Source: Candidatus Uhrbacteria bacterium
GTDB lineage: Bacteria > Patescibacteriota > Patescibacteriia > UBA9934 > GWF2-40-263
Length of the DNA stretch: 64,000 nucleotides
Direction of reading: 5' to 3'
Assembly (NCBI GenBank): GCA_037131775.1
Contig: JBAXQK010000004.1
Span: 11,054 to 75,053, forward strand
The position numbers and the translations under genes are program-made. The notes beneath the pieces were generated by a model that saw only the letters and a list, made by a program, of their open reading frames with translations, had not been told where the DNA came from and did no database searches. This document shows, piece by piece, positions 10,656 through 18,882 of the stretch. The stretch's first letter is position 1. The number at the start of each line of letters is the position of its first letter.

Positions 10656-11288
10656 TGCGAGCAGGCCCTGAAGGGGCTCGACTTCGCCACGATGTCCTCG
10701 GCGCAGATCGTGCTCATCGGCGCGAACGCCGAGCAGGGGCTGCACCAGACCCTCGACGGGTTCCTGGCGCGGCTCGAAGGCAAGACGGTCGTGCTCATCG
10801 ACGACGTCTACGTCACCGGCAGTTCCGAAAAGGTGATGTTCCAGGCCGTTTCCGGCTCGGGCGCGCGCGACATCGCCTTCCTCTACGTCGCGCGCATGGA
10901 CTCGGCGGTCGCGCTCCGGGACCCGAAGGTGGAGGACCGCATCAACCACCGCTGGGTAAAGACCCTCGATGACCTCGCGGCGATCCTCACGCCCGGGAAG
11001 TACCGCATCAACCTGCGCAACTGCAAGTTCGTCCTCGATGCGCCGATCGACGACGTGAGGCGGTTTCTGGGAGGGCTCGATACGACGGTCCTCTCCGATC
11101 TTCACGAGACGATCCTCGCGAACTCCTACTATCTGGAACGCCGGTTCGCGGAAACGTGCGCCGCGATCGAGACGGAGCTCGTCATCCGGGGCAGCGCCCC
11201 CGAAGGAACGGTGAGGCTCGGCAGCGGTTCGCCCAGCGAATTCGCGATCCCCGACGGTCGCCACCCGAATGCGATCGATCACGGCTGA
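10656..11288 (+). pseudogene. Probably 5'-truncated phosphoribosyltransferase-like gene (ter-associated type)
   Basis: PRPP loop VVLIDDVYVTGS; DPKVEDRIN; abuts the vWA fragment head-to-head with no promoter space. Confidence 0.6.
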
Positions 11289-11376
11289 CGGCCGTATCTC
11301 AGCAGGCAGCTGCCGGTCCATCTGAATGGTCCGGTTTTTTGTACGACAGGATCCGTACCCCAGCGTTTCCCCGTCA

Positions 11377-12516
11377 TCATTCAATCGGCGCGGCAAGAAG
11401 TTCTCGGCCCTTTTCCGCCCAGTCGAGAAGGTCGAATGCCTCCATCTCTATGATATAGTCCGCGACGAGCGCCTGGCGCCCTTCCTCGCTTTCGAGTTGA
11501 GCGAAGCGTTTGGAAAGGAGCGCGAAGTGCATGGACTCGCGGGTTTCCGCGTCGTCGATCTGGAGCCAGACGCGCTGGGAAAAGGCGCGTTCCGCGAACG
11601 CGGGGTCGTCGATGCCGGCGGTGACGAAATCGATGAGCGCCCGCTGGGCCTCGTCCTTCGACGGTCCGTCGGCCGGATTGAACGGGGTATCGAGCGCGGT
11701 ATCGAGCGTTTCGGGATCGTAGGGAACGTCGATGAACTCGTAGGCCGGAACCATGGCCAGCGAGACGCGCTCCGGGTGGTTTGCAAGATCCATGTCCGCG
11801 AGCGCGCCAAGCAGGGTTCTGGTTTCCGCGTAGGTGAGGTCCGTTTCTACCAGGTTGTAAAAGACGTAGCCAACGGGCGTCGCGAAGAGGCGCGATACCA
11901 CCGGCGCGTATTCCGCCATGGCACGACGGATGAAGGTTGAATGGTTGTGCGCGCGCTGTGGCTCGCCAATGGCGTACGGCTGGCGCACGCGGAGCCACTG
12001 GAGCGTTTCCGTGGTGGGGAGACCGAGCAGACGAAACGCACCCAGAGTTTCGGAGAAACCAACGACCGCCAGGTGGTCGGCATGCTTCCCAAGGATTTTC
12101 TCAATCTGCGCGATGCCAAATTCCAGCCCTCCGATCCCGCACGCGTTGGAGACGTAATAGTCGCCCGGAATATAATTTCCTCCGGGAGGAAGCGGGGAAT
12201 AGGTTCCGCGCGGAACGGCGGTGATTCGCACGGTCTGCTGCGCCGCGTCAATTTCCACCAGCTGGATCACGTCGCAGTGGGCCACGTCGCTTCCGGCGCG
12301 TGCGTCGAGTCCGATGAGAAGGACGGAGACGCGATCGCCGATTTCCGTATCGCTCGTCTCGACGACGCGCGACGCAAGACGCGCGTCGATGACGGCCTGC
12401 ACGGCATCGGGCTCCCGGATGGCCACAGTTTTCGACCGGGCATCCATCGCAAACTTGGCGCCAAGGGAGGCGACAAGGACGAGGGCGGTGAGAAGAAGGA
12501 TCCGGCCAAATTTCAT
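11377..12516 (-). CDS. LCP (LytR-CpsA-Psr) family protein
   Basis: N-terminal TM; VLLIGLD.R...CDVIQLV..ITAVPR; LRVRQ..GEPQR. Confidence 0.8.
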   Translation of the reverse strand: MKFGRILLLTALVLVASLGAKFAMDARSKTVAIREPDAVQAVIDARLASRVVETSDTEIGDRVSVLLIGLDARAGSDVAHCDVIQLVEIDAAQQTVRITAVPRGTYSPLPPGGNYIPGDYYVSNACGIGGLEFGIAQIEKILGKHADHLAVVGFSETLGAFRLLGLPTTETLQWLRVRQPYAIGEPQRAHNHSTFIRRAMAEYAPVVSRLFATPVGYVFYNLVETDLTYAETRTLLGALADMDLANHPERVSLAMVPAYEFIDVPYDPETLDTALDTPFNPADGPSKDEAQRALIDFVTAGIDDPAFAERAFSQRVWLQIDDAETRESMHFALLSKRFAQLESEEGRQALVADYIIEMEAFDLLDWAEKGRELLAAPIE

Positions 12517-12691
12517 AGGATTGGAGTGACTGTGGCGCGTTTCGGACGGACTGTCAACGTGCGCGAGGTTATACGCGGCAGGATGATCGCAAAAACCGCC
12601 GATGTCTCGACGGTTCCCGCTGGCTCACCTTAATGGACGATACTGGCAGAGTCACTCTCACGAATGGCTCCGCCATGCACCGTCCGGTGCA

Positions 12692-12766
12692 TGGCTCCGG
12701 GGGCAGGATTCGAACCTGCGATATCCGCGTTAACAGCGCGGCGTTGTGCCCCTCAACTACCCCGGA
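12692..12766 (-). tRNA. tRNA-Asn (GTT)
   Basis: TCCGGGG-TA-GTTG-AGGGGCA-CAAC-G-CCGCG-CTGTTAA-CGCGG-ATATC-GCAGG-TTCGAAT-CCTGC-CCCCGGA-G-CCA; U1-A72, G73. Confidence 0.93.
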
Positions 12767-12777
12767 TCGTTGCGACG

Positions 12778-12874
12778 AAAAAGACCGGCTTGCGCCGGCC
12801 TTTGTTTGCTCGTCATTGTGTGATGACGCTTCTTACGCAAACAATGCCAGCGAGGGCTGGGTATTGTTATTGTT
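12778..12874 (-). promoter_or_regulatory. Putative Asn-sensing transcription attenuator upstream of tRNA-Asn
   Basis: Alternative hairpins 1:2 (12856-12868 with 12840-12851) and 2:3 (12837-12851 with 12794-12809); terminator GGCCGGC-GCAA-GCCGGTC-TTTTT at 12778-12800. Confidence 0.75.
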
Positions 12875-12898
12875 GGTTGCGAAGCGAAGCAACGTCAT
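12833..12898 (-). CDS. Putative leader peptide MTLLRFATNNNNTQPSLALFA
   Basis: ATG..AAC AAT AAC AAT..TAA; below the size shown in the ORF track; starts 8 nt after the -10 box. Confidence 0.75.
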   Translation of the reverse strand: MTLLRFATNNNNTQPSLALFA

Positions 12899-12906
12899 AC
12901 AAGACA

Positions 12907-12935
12907 AGCGTAGAAGGTTCTGACCAAGCCGTCAA
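12907..12935 (-). promoter_or_regulatory. Sigma70-type promoter for leader and tRNA-Asn
   Basis: TTGACG-17nt-TACGCT. Confidence 0.65.
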
Positions 12936-12985
12936 ATTTTTCTGGGGATATGTTTTGCGTTTCGGCTGCGTAAAAAAAGAAACCG

Positions 12986-13621
12986 TCAGAGAATGACGGT
13001 CTTGCCGCGGTAGATGAGCTTGAGCTGAGGGAGCGACGTTGCCACGTCGGGAAGGTTCACGAGCCGCGCGATGGGCGAGAGCTTCGTGCGCGTCGTCCAG
13101 TCGGGAGCATAGACGCCCATGTGCATGATGCTGGCGTCCGCGACCTCCATCGTCGTGCGTCGGTCGAGTCCCCCTGCGAGCGCGAACGGGATCCATCGCT
13201 TGGCGGCGGCGCGGCCGTGGTCGGAGCCGTAGTGGATGTCGTCGTAGTCCTCCATCTTCCAGCAGTCGGAAACGATGGTGGCCGCGAGCCCGAGGTCGAT
13301 GGCCCGCTGGCTCGGGTTCTTCTGCGCGTCGAGAATCTCGGGGATGTGCCGCGCCCAGCCCGGAAGGATGACGCACGACTCCACGATGCTGAGAAACGTC
13401 CCGTGCGCCACGTTCTGCCACGGCGGATGGAACCGCCCGCTGTGCGACGCGGGATGCGTGTAGAACGCGAGCGGGACCACGAGGAGGAATCCCTCGAGCG
13501 TCGAACGCAGCTTCGGGTCCGAGATGGGCTCGACCCCGTATTTCCACAGCGCCTGGACGCGCCAGGCAAGCTTCTTGTTCCAGATGCCGGCCTTCTTCAG
13601 GCGATAGATCAGTGCTTCCAA
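12986..13621 (-). CDS. HD-fold-like protein with degenerate metal ligands
   Basis: FYTHPASHSGRFHP..IVSDCWK..HG..IMHMG; TTG start with GGAGA RBS. Confidence 0.65.
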   Translation of the reverse strand: MEALIYRLKKAGIWNKKLAWRVQALWKYGVEPISDPKLRSTLEGFLLVVPLAFYTHPASHSGRFHPPWQNVAHGTFLSIVESCVILPGWARHIPEILDAQKNPSQRAIDLGLAATIVSDCWKMEDYDDIHYGSDHGRAAAKRWIPFALAGGLDRRTTMEVADASIMHMGVYAPDWTTRTKLSPIARLVNLPDVATSLPQLKLIYRGKTVIL

Positions 13622-13708
13622 TTTGTCTCCAATGTCGTGCGGCCAGACTAGCCGATTTTGGCCGGAATGTCAATGGATTCGGGTTGCGAGGAAAGAAAAA
13701 AGCGGTCC

Positions 13709-14638
13709 TCAGCGGGACCGCGCGTTGACGTAGCGGACGATTTCGACGGCATGCTTGGCAGTGTAGCCAAACCTCAGGCTGAGTGCCCCGGCGTCGAGGA
13801 CGTCGTTCGTTTTCTTGAGATTGCAATCGACGCAGAGCAGCGTGTAGTTGAGCACGCAGTCGTGCGTCCCGTGCCAGTGTCGGTTAACGAACAGGTCCGC
13901 TTCCGACGGTGGCATGCCCTGGCTGAGCAGGTCCAGACGGATGCGCCCGATCGGCTTTGAGACGGGAAAGATGTGGTCGATCTCCATCCCGTTTACTCGC
14001 GCGACCTCCCTGTAGCAGATCTGGCATTTTCCATGGAACGCCTTGTGCATAGCGTCTCGAAGGTGCGCGTTCGTAGTCGCGATTGGCGTCGCCGGGTCGA
14101 CTGTCGCAGCCGGTTCCGGAATCGACGGAACGGTGAAGGACGCGTAAGAGCCCTCGGGAAGGGCCGTCTTTGCGGAAATGCACTTTGGACAGGCGAGCCA
14201 CTCTCCAAATCCGCGTGCTTCTCGCGCGAAGCAGTTGTGCGCGAACTTGACGTTCTTTCGTACGGCGTGAATGGTACGGAGAAACTGGCTCATCCACGCA
14301 TGGAATTCGGTCGCATTTCGCGTGTTGATCCAGATCTTTGGGAGAAGAAGGTTCTTTCCCGCCCTTACCTTCAGACGCCACTTGAACCAGTAGTATTCCG
14401 GACCCCCGACACCCATGTCGAGATGGAGCACTTCCATGCTTGGATCCGGACTTGCTGAATCCGGTTTGATCCCGCCCAAGAACGTTCCGGATCGGATCAC
14501 GCGCAGCATGTTGATTGGATCCGTCGGGTCGATGTCGAGCATGACGAGATCGCCAGTCCCAAGGCAGCGCTTGAAGAAATTTTCCGGGCTCAAGAAATTC
14601 TCGCGTTCATTGAACACCAAGGCGTTTGTCTGTGTCAT
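13709..14638 (-). CDS. HNH endonuclease-domain protein (paralog 1)
   Basis: CQIC..EIDHIFP..NYTLLCVDCNLKK. Confidence 0.85.
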   Translation of the reverse strand: MTQTNALVFNERENFLSPENFFKRCLGTGDLVMLDIDPTDPINMLRVIRSGTFLGGIKPDSASPDPSMEVLHLDMGVGGPEYYWFKWRLKVRAGKNLLLPKIWINTRNATEFHAWMSQFLRTIHAVRKNVKFAHNCFAREARGFGEWLACPKCISAKTALPEGSYASFTVPSIPEPAATVDPATPIATTNAHLRDAMHKAFHGKCQICYREVARVNGMEIDHIFPVSKPIGRIRLDLLSQGMPPSEADLFVNRHWHGTHDCVLNYTLLCVDCNLKKTNDVLDAGALSLRFGYTAKHAVEIVRYVNARSR

Positions 14639-14759
14639 CGGTATTCTCCGTTATAAATGTGCGTTCAGATTCTTTCGGGACCGCGTAACGTACCCGAAAT
14701 TTCTTAGAATGTCAATATCCGAGGCCTATCTCAAAGAAAAAACCGCCCACATTGGACGG

Positions 14760-15278
14760 TCAGGGGAGAAAACCCGGGAGGAACTCTCCCTCGGCGAGCT
14801 GGGCGGCGACCGACGGGTCGTGGCCGGCGGCGAGCCACTCGAGAGGGGTGAGCGGGGTCTCCTCCTCGCCGACCACGAGGTCCGGGTGCTTGACGACGAG
14901 CCAGGACGCGATCTCGAAGACGGTCACGGGGCTCGGGATTGCACGGCTGACCTCGCCGATGCCCGGAACGAGCCCGCCGCCGTCCGGAAGGAACTGGAAG
15001 GCGGGGATGCCGGAAACCCGACCGTGCGAGTGGATGGTGCACAGCGTGCGGTCGCCGATGAGCTTCCAGACCGCCGCGACCGGAACCTTGAGCCGAACGG
15101 CGGCATCTTCCGGCGTGAGCGCCGTGGTCACGATCTCGTCGCAGAACCGTTGGTATCGCAGCGCGGGATCGTCGTCGCCGTAGTCGCGCGGCACGGGGTC
15201 GAAGCCGCCGCGGACGAGCGTGGCGCGCTCGTCGTCGGTGAGTGGGCCGGTCGACGGCCGTGACGATTGGTCGGGCAT
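14760..15278 (-). CDS. HTH DNA-binding/antitoxin-like protein (Rv2175c-like)
   Basis: LTPEDAAVRLKV..IPAFQF..SWL..TPLEWLAAG. Confidence 0.65.
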   Translation of the reverse strand: MPDQSSRPSTGPLTDDERATLVRGGFDPVPRDYGDDDPALRYQRFCDEIVTTALTPEDAAVRLKVPVAAVWKLIGDRTLCTIHSHGRVSGIPAFQFLPDGGGLVPGIGEVSRAIPSPVTVFEIASWLVVKHPDLVVGEEETPLTPLEWLAAGHDPSVAAQLAEGEFLPGFLP

Positions 15279-15360
15279 GGGTTTCTCCTGGGGACAGGGT
15301 GCGGGAAGCAGGCCGGCATGTCAACTGCCGCGCATGCTTCGTCCAAAAAAAAAGCGGTCC

Positions 15361-16500
15361 TCAGCGGGACCGCGCGTTGACGTAGGTGAGGACTTCCTCG
15401 GCTTGCTTGGCCGTATAGGCGAGCATGAGGCTGAGTCCGGCGACATTGAGGACATCGTTTGTTTTCTTGCCATTGCAGTCTGCGCACATCACCGTATAGT
15501 TCAGCACGCAGTCGTGCGTACCATGCCAATGCTGGGTCAGGAACGCGTCCGCGTGAGCGGGTTCAACGCCTTGGGCCACGAGGTCCAGGTGGATTTCGTC
15601 GACTGACTTTGAGGTGGGAAGGATGTGGTCAACCTCCATCCCCTCGACGCGCGCCACCTCTCGGTAACAGAGTTGGCATTTGCCATGGAACGCCCGATGC
15701 ATGGCGTCGCGAAGCAGCGGCTGCGACTTCAGGACGTATGACGTTCCCGTCAGCAGGCGACGAAGCGAGGCGCTCGTTACTTGGGCCGCTGGGCTCGACA
15801 AGATCGCGGGAACAGATGGTTCGATGGCGGGCTGACGGAGTCTTTTGCGCGTCATCGGATCATGACACACGGAACAGGCGGCCCACTTCCATTCCCATTT
15901 CTTTTGAAACGCGCAGTCCATGGCGAGTGCCACTCGGTGCGGGCACTGCGAGGAAAAACGCGCATTGGGCATGATGCGTTCGACGTGTCCCTGCATGAGA
16001 GACATCCAGGATCGATACTGGCTGAGCCAGCGGACGTCGATCCAAACGGACGGAGTGGAGACAAGGCCCCATTCAGTCTGGAAAGAAAAGAGCGCGAAGG
16101 CATCTCCGGAATTGCCGCAGTGTACCTGGATAGAGACGGTAACCTTTCGTCCCTGCGTAGACGCAATCGCGCTTGCCGGCCGCCCCGGAAACAGGTGGCT
16201 CATGAGCGTGCCGTTCTCCCAAGTTCGAGACTGGAGGAACGTTTCCGCCGCTCCCGCATCCGTCGCGTCAAGCTTGGACAGAACACGCGTGCCGTTTACG
16301 CGTCCTGCCCGGAACGGTTCGATAGTCCCATCTCGGTACATCGCGTATACGGATCCCCATTCTTCCTCGCGGTCCTTTTCAATGCGATGCCTGAACTTAT
16401 ATGCGACGCGCGGATCCGTCCCATCCATCCATTCGACCGGCCTCGGTTCCTTTGGGGAGGGCAGGCGCACGTCTGCGGTGATGCTGTTGCCAATGGTCAT
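15361..16500 (-). CDS. HNH endonuclease-domain protein (paralog 2)
   Basis: CQLC..EVDHILP..NYTVMCADCNGKK; start MTIGNS with AGGAG RBS. Confidence 0.85.
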   Translation of the reverse strand: MTIGNSITADVRLPSPKEPRPVEWMDGTDPRVAYKFRHRIEKDREEEWGSVYAMYRDGTIEPFRAGRVNGTRVLSKLDATDAGAAETFLQSRTWENGTLMSHLFPGRPASAIASTQGRKVTVSIQVHCGNSGDAFALFSFQTEWGLVSTPSVWIDVRWLSQYRSWMSLMQGHVERIMPNARFSSQCPHRVALAMDCAFQKKWEWKWAACSVCHDPMTRKRLRQPAIEPSVPAILSSPAAQVTSASLRRLLTGTSYVLKSQPLLRDAMHRAFHGKCQLCYREVARVEGMEVDHILPTSKSVDEIHLDLVAQGVEPAHADAFLTQHWHGTHDCVLNYTVMCADCNGKKTNDVLNVAGLSLMLAYTAKQAEEVLTYVNARSR

Positions 16501-16657
16501 CGGAACTCCTGGAATTTCTCGTCCTCCCCATGAGGACAAGGGACGAATGCTATTCGGAAATCGTCGATTTGTCAAGGTAATCCTTCCATTTTTTGACAAA
16601 TGGCCGTTGAAAAAGAAAAAACCCAGGTGTCCGTGGTCTTTGGTGGAGACCGGAAAC

Positions 16658-17350
16658 CTAGGTCGGAGAGGCTGTTTGGAAGTGGATTGGCGCGGGCGGG
16701 CGGCGCGTCCATACGCGTGCCTCGCGCGCATCGCAGATGTCATCCTGCTCGTACGTTCGGATCCAGGTTCCCTCCGCGTCGCGCTTGATGCCGATCGTTT
16801 CGACGTTGCCGCCGGAAACTTCGGGGTCCACGTATTTTTTGAGGACGAACGGGTACCAGCTGTCCATCGGCTGGTCCAGGAATTGGTCACGGCATGCGAC
16901 CACATCCTCTGGTTCGCAGGGATAGAGTCCGAACCGGGCTGCGGCCGCAATGTCGTCGCCGGGAGCGAAGCCGTCATCGAGGCCAAATTCCTCCGCGGTC
17001 GCGAGCACGAGCTCGACGTCGGATTCCTTCTGCGACCACTCGACGCCTTTCAGGAACTCGAGCGCGAAGTTCTCCACCTTGTGGCCCTTCGCCTCGGCGG
17101 CTGAAAGATACGCGTCGAGAGACTTGTATACGCCGCTCCGGACGGTCCGCCAGTTGGCAAAGGCATTGGGTCTCGGCACGATCACGTGCGTGCCGCGCAG
17201 CACCCGAACGATTTCGCGAAGCATTTCCGTGGATCCCGCAAGCTTCTCAAGCTCGTCAGGGCTTCCATAAACGCCCGACCAGGCAACTCCAAGCCTGTGG
17301 AGTGTGCCAACGATGTCGTAATCCGATCCGTCGAATTGATAATTAGGCAT
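16658..17350 (-). CDS. Hypothetical protein, paralog of 18131-18637
   Basis: VELVLATAEEFGL..GLYPCEPE..DQP motif. Confidence 0.7.
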   Translation of the reverse strand: MPNYQFDGSDYDIVGTLHRLGVAWSGVYGSPDELEKLAGSTEMLREIVRVLRGTHVIVPRPNAFANWRTVRSGVYKSLDAYLSAAEAKGHKVENFALEFLKGVEWSQKESDVELVLATAEEFGLDDGFAPGDDIAAAARFGLYPCEPEDVVACRDQFLDQPMDSWYPFVLKKYVDPEVSGGNVETIGIKRDAEGTWIRTYEQDDICDAREARVWTRRPPAPIHFQTASPT

Positions 17351-17493
17351 ATTGTCCGTCTTCCACAGCTTGTGGTCGGCCACGGATTGCGGCCGGAGGC
17401 TTAGGATGACAGCATTTTTGATGGATGTCAATGAATCATTGGCTGTCGTACGAAAAAAATGACCGAGCGCGAAGCTCGGTCTTGAGGGAACGG

Positions 17494-18009
17494 TCAGCGC
17501 GACCGTGGTCGAAGGAGCAGTCTTTCGACGCTCATGGCCATTGCGTGTGCCTTCCAGCGCGGAATGCCCGCCGCCGTCTGTCCGTAATAGTGATGGAAGT
17601 AGGACGCACGCTTTCCGGGGTCATGGAATATGGCCTCCGCCAATTCCTCATGGGCGAGCCGGGCCTTGGAGTAGTCGATGGCACGGGCGAGCCCGATTTT
17701 CTTGCTGGCAAGCCACGCCTCGGCCTCCGCCTCGTTCTTGCGCGCGGCAAGCAGGAGAAAGCCGCTTGCTTTTTCTGAGCCGGCTTCGACGGGGATGCCG
17801 CAAGGGGCGTTCAGTCCCCCGACCCATACGGCTCCGTTGGGATGCCCGTTTGTTTCGTAGATGATTGTGACGTCGTACTGCGTGTTCCCGTAGTCGAGCT
17901 GAAACGTCATCGGGACGGTGCTTACGAGAACACTCCGTTGTGTCGCGTGAAGGTACGGGGTCCAGATGAAGACGGCAAGCCACGCGCTGGTGGGGGATTG
18001 ATCGGTCAT
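17494..18009 (-). CDS. Hypothetical protein
   Basis: Has its own TTGACA-17-TAAGGT promoter, GAGG RBS and terminator. Confidence 0.6.
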   Translation of the reverse strand: MTDQSPTSAWLAVFIWTPYLHATQRSVLVSTVPMTFQLDYGNTQYDVTIIYETNGHPNGAVWVGGLNAPCGIPVEAGSEKASGFLLLAARKNEAEAEAWLASKKIGLARAIDYSKARLAHEELAEAIFHDPGKRASYFHHYYGQTAAGIPRWKAHAMAMSVERLLLRPRSR

Positions 18010-18130
18010 GAGCGGCCTCTAGAAAATGTCCTGGGCGGAAAGTCCAGGACAGGTCGCGAACCTTACAGCATTATTTGGCAAATGTCAATGAAACGTGGTG
18101 GCTCGTAAAAAAACGACCGAGCGCATGGGC

Positions 18131-18637
18131 TCAGTCCTGAGAGGATGGTTGCTTCGACCAGGCGCGGAGGATACGATGGTCCTGGAGGTGGTCGGCGCTT
18201 TCGTGGTTGGTGTTGAGATAGGGCCTGCCGACGCGGGTCTTCCACAGGATGCCGAAGAGCTCGGGCTCCTGGTGGCGTGCGCTCGGGAGCCCTTTCATGG
18301 CGAGGCGAACATATTCGTTCTGCCAGCGCCGCGACGGGAACTGCTCGAACAGGGCAGGGGCGATCTCGGGGACGCAGGGGTGGAGTCCGCGCGACACGGC
18401 CAGGTCGTAGAGCTCGGAGAGACGGTGCGGGCGATCGAGGCCGAGATGTTCGGCGTGGCAGAGCGTCACGTCGACCTTGCTGCGCTTTTTTGACCATTCG
18501 ATTCGCGCGAGGTGGCCGATAGCGGAACTGGTTACGAGGCGTCGGTACTCCATGGCCGCCGCCAGGAACGGCTCGAACGAGTGGTGCGTGCCGATGTAGA
18601 TGGGATACCAGACCGGGCGGAACGTCTGAGTGGACAA
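18131..18637 (-). CDS. Hypothetical protein, paralog of 16658-17350
   Basis: VDVTLCHAEHLGL..GLHPCVPEIAPAL; TTG start with GAGG RBS. Confidence 0.65.
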   Translation of the reverse strand: MSTQTFRPVWYPIYIGTHHSFEPFLAAAMEYRRLVTSSAIGHLARIEWSKKRSKVDVTLCHAEHLGLDRPHRLSELYDLAVSRGLHPCVPEIAPALFEQFPSRRWQNEYVRLAMKGLPSARHQEPELFGILWKTRVGRPYLNTNHESADHLQDHRILRAWSKQPSSQD

Positions 18638-18721
18638 TGGAACCTCTTTGTTTGCCCAGTGTGCGAGATGGCAGATCGATTGTCAAACGGAAAAGAGACT
18701 CGGCAAAATGCCAAGTCTCTT

Positions 18722-18809
18722 TGGTAGGCGAGGTGGGAATCGAACCCACAAGGCCTTTCGGCCAGGAAATTTTAAGTCTCCCGCGTATAACCAATTCCGC
18801 CACTCGCCC
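18722..18809 (-). tRNA. tRNA-Leu (TAA)
   Basis: GGGCGAG..CTTAAAA loop, long variable arm, TTCGATT, CCA end. Confidence 0.95.
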
Positions 18810-18882
18810 ATGGACCGGATCGTATCAGGAATCGGGGGGATTTAAAAGACGGGACGCCCAAAGGACGTCCCGCGAGGGGAAC

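Noticed and set aside
12971-18720. Classical integron or prophage
   Set aside because: No integrase, recognisable attC sites or phage structural genes; the cassettes carry their own promoters.
18810-18880. Leader-peptide attenuators before the other tRNAs
   Set aside because: tRNA-Leu(TAA), tRNA-Gly and tRNA-Leu(TAG) have promoter-like boxes directly upstream and no cognate-codon mini-ORF.
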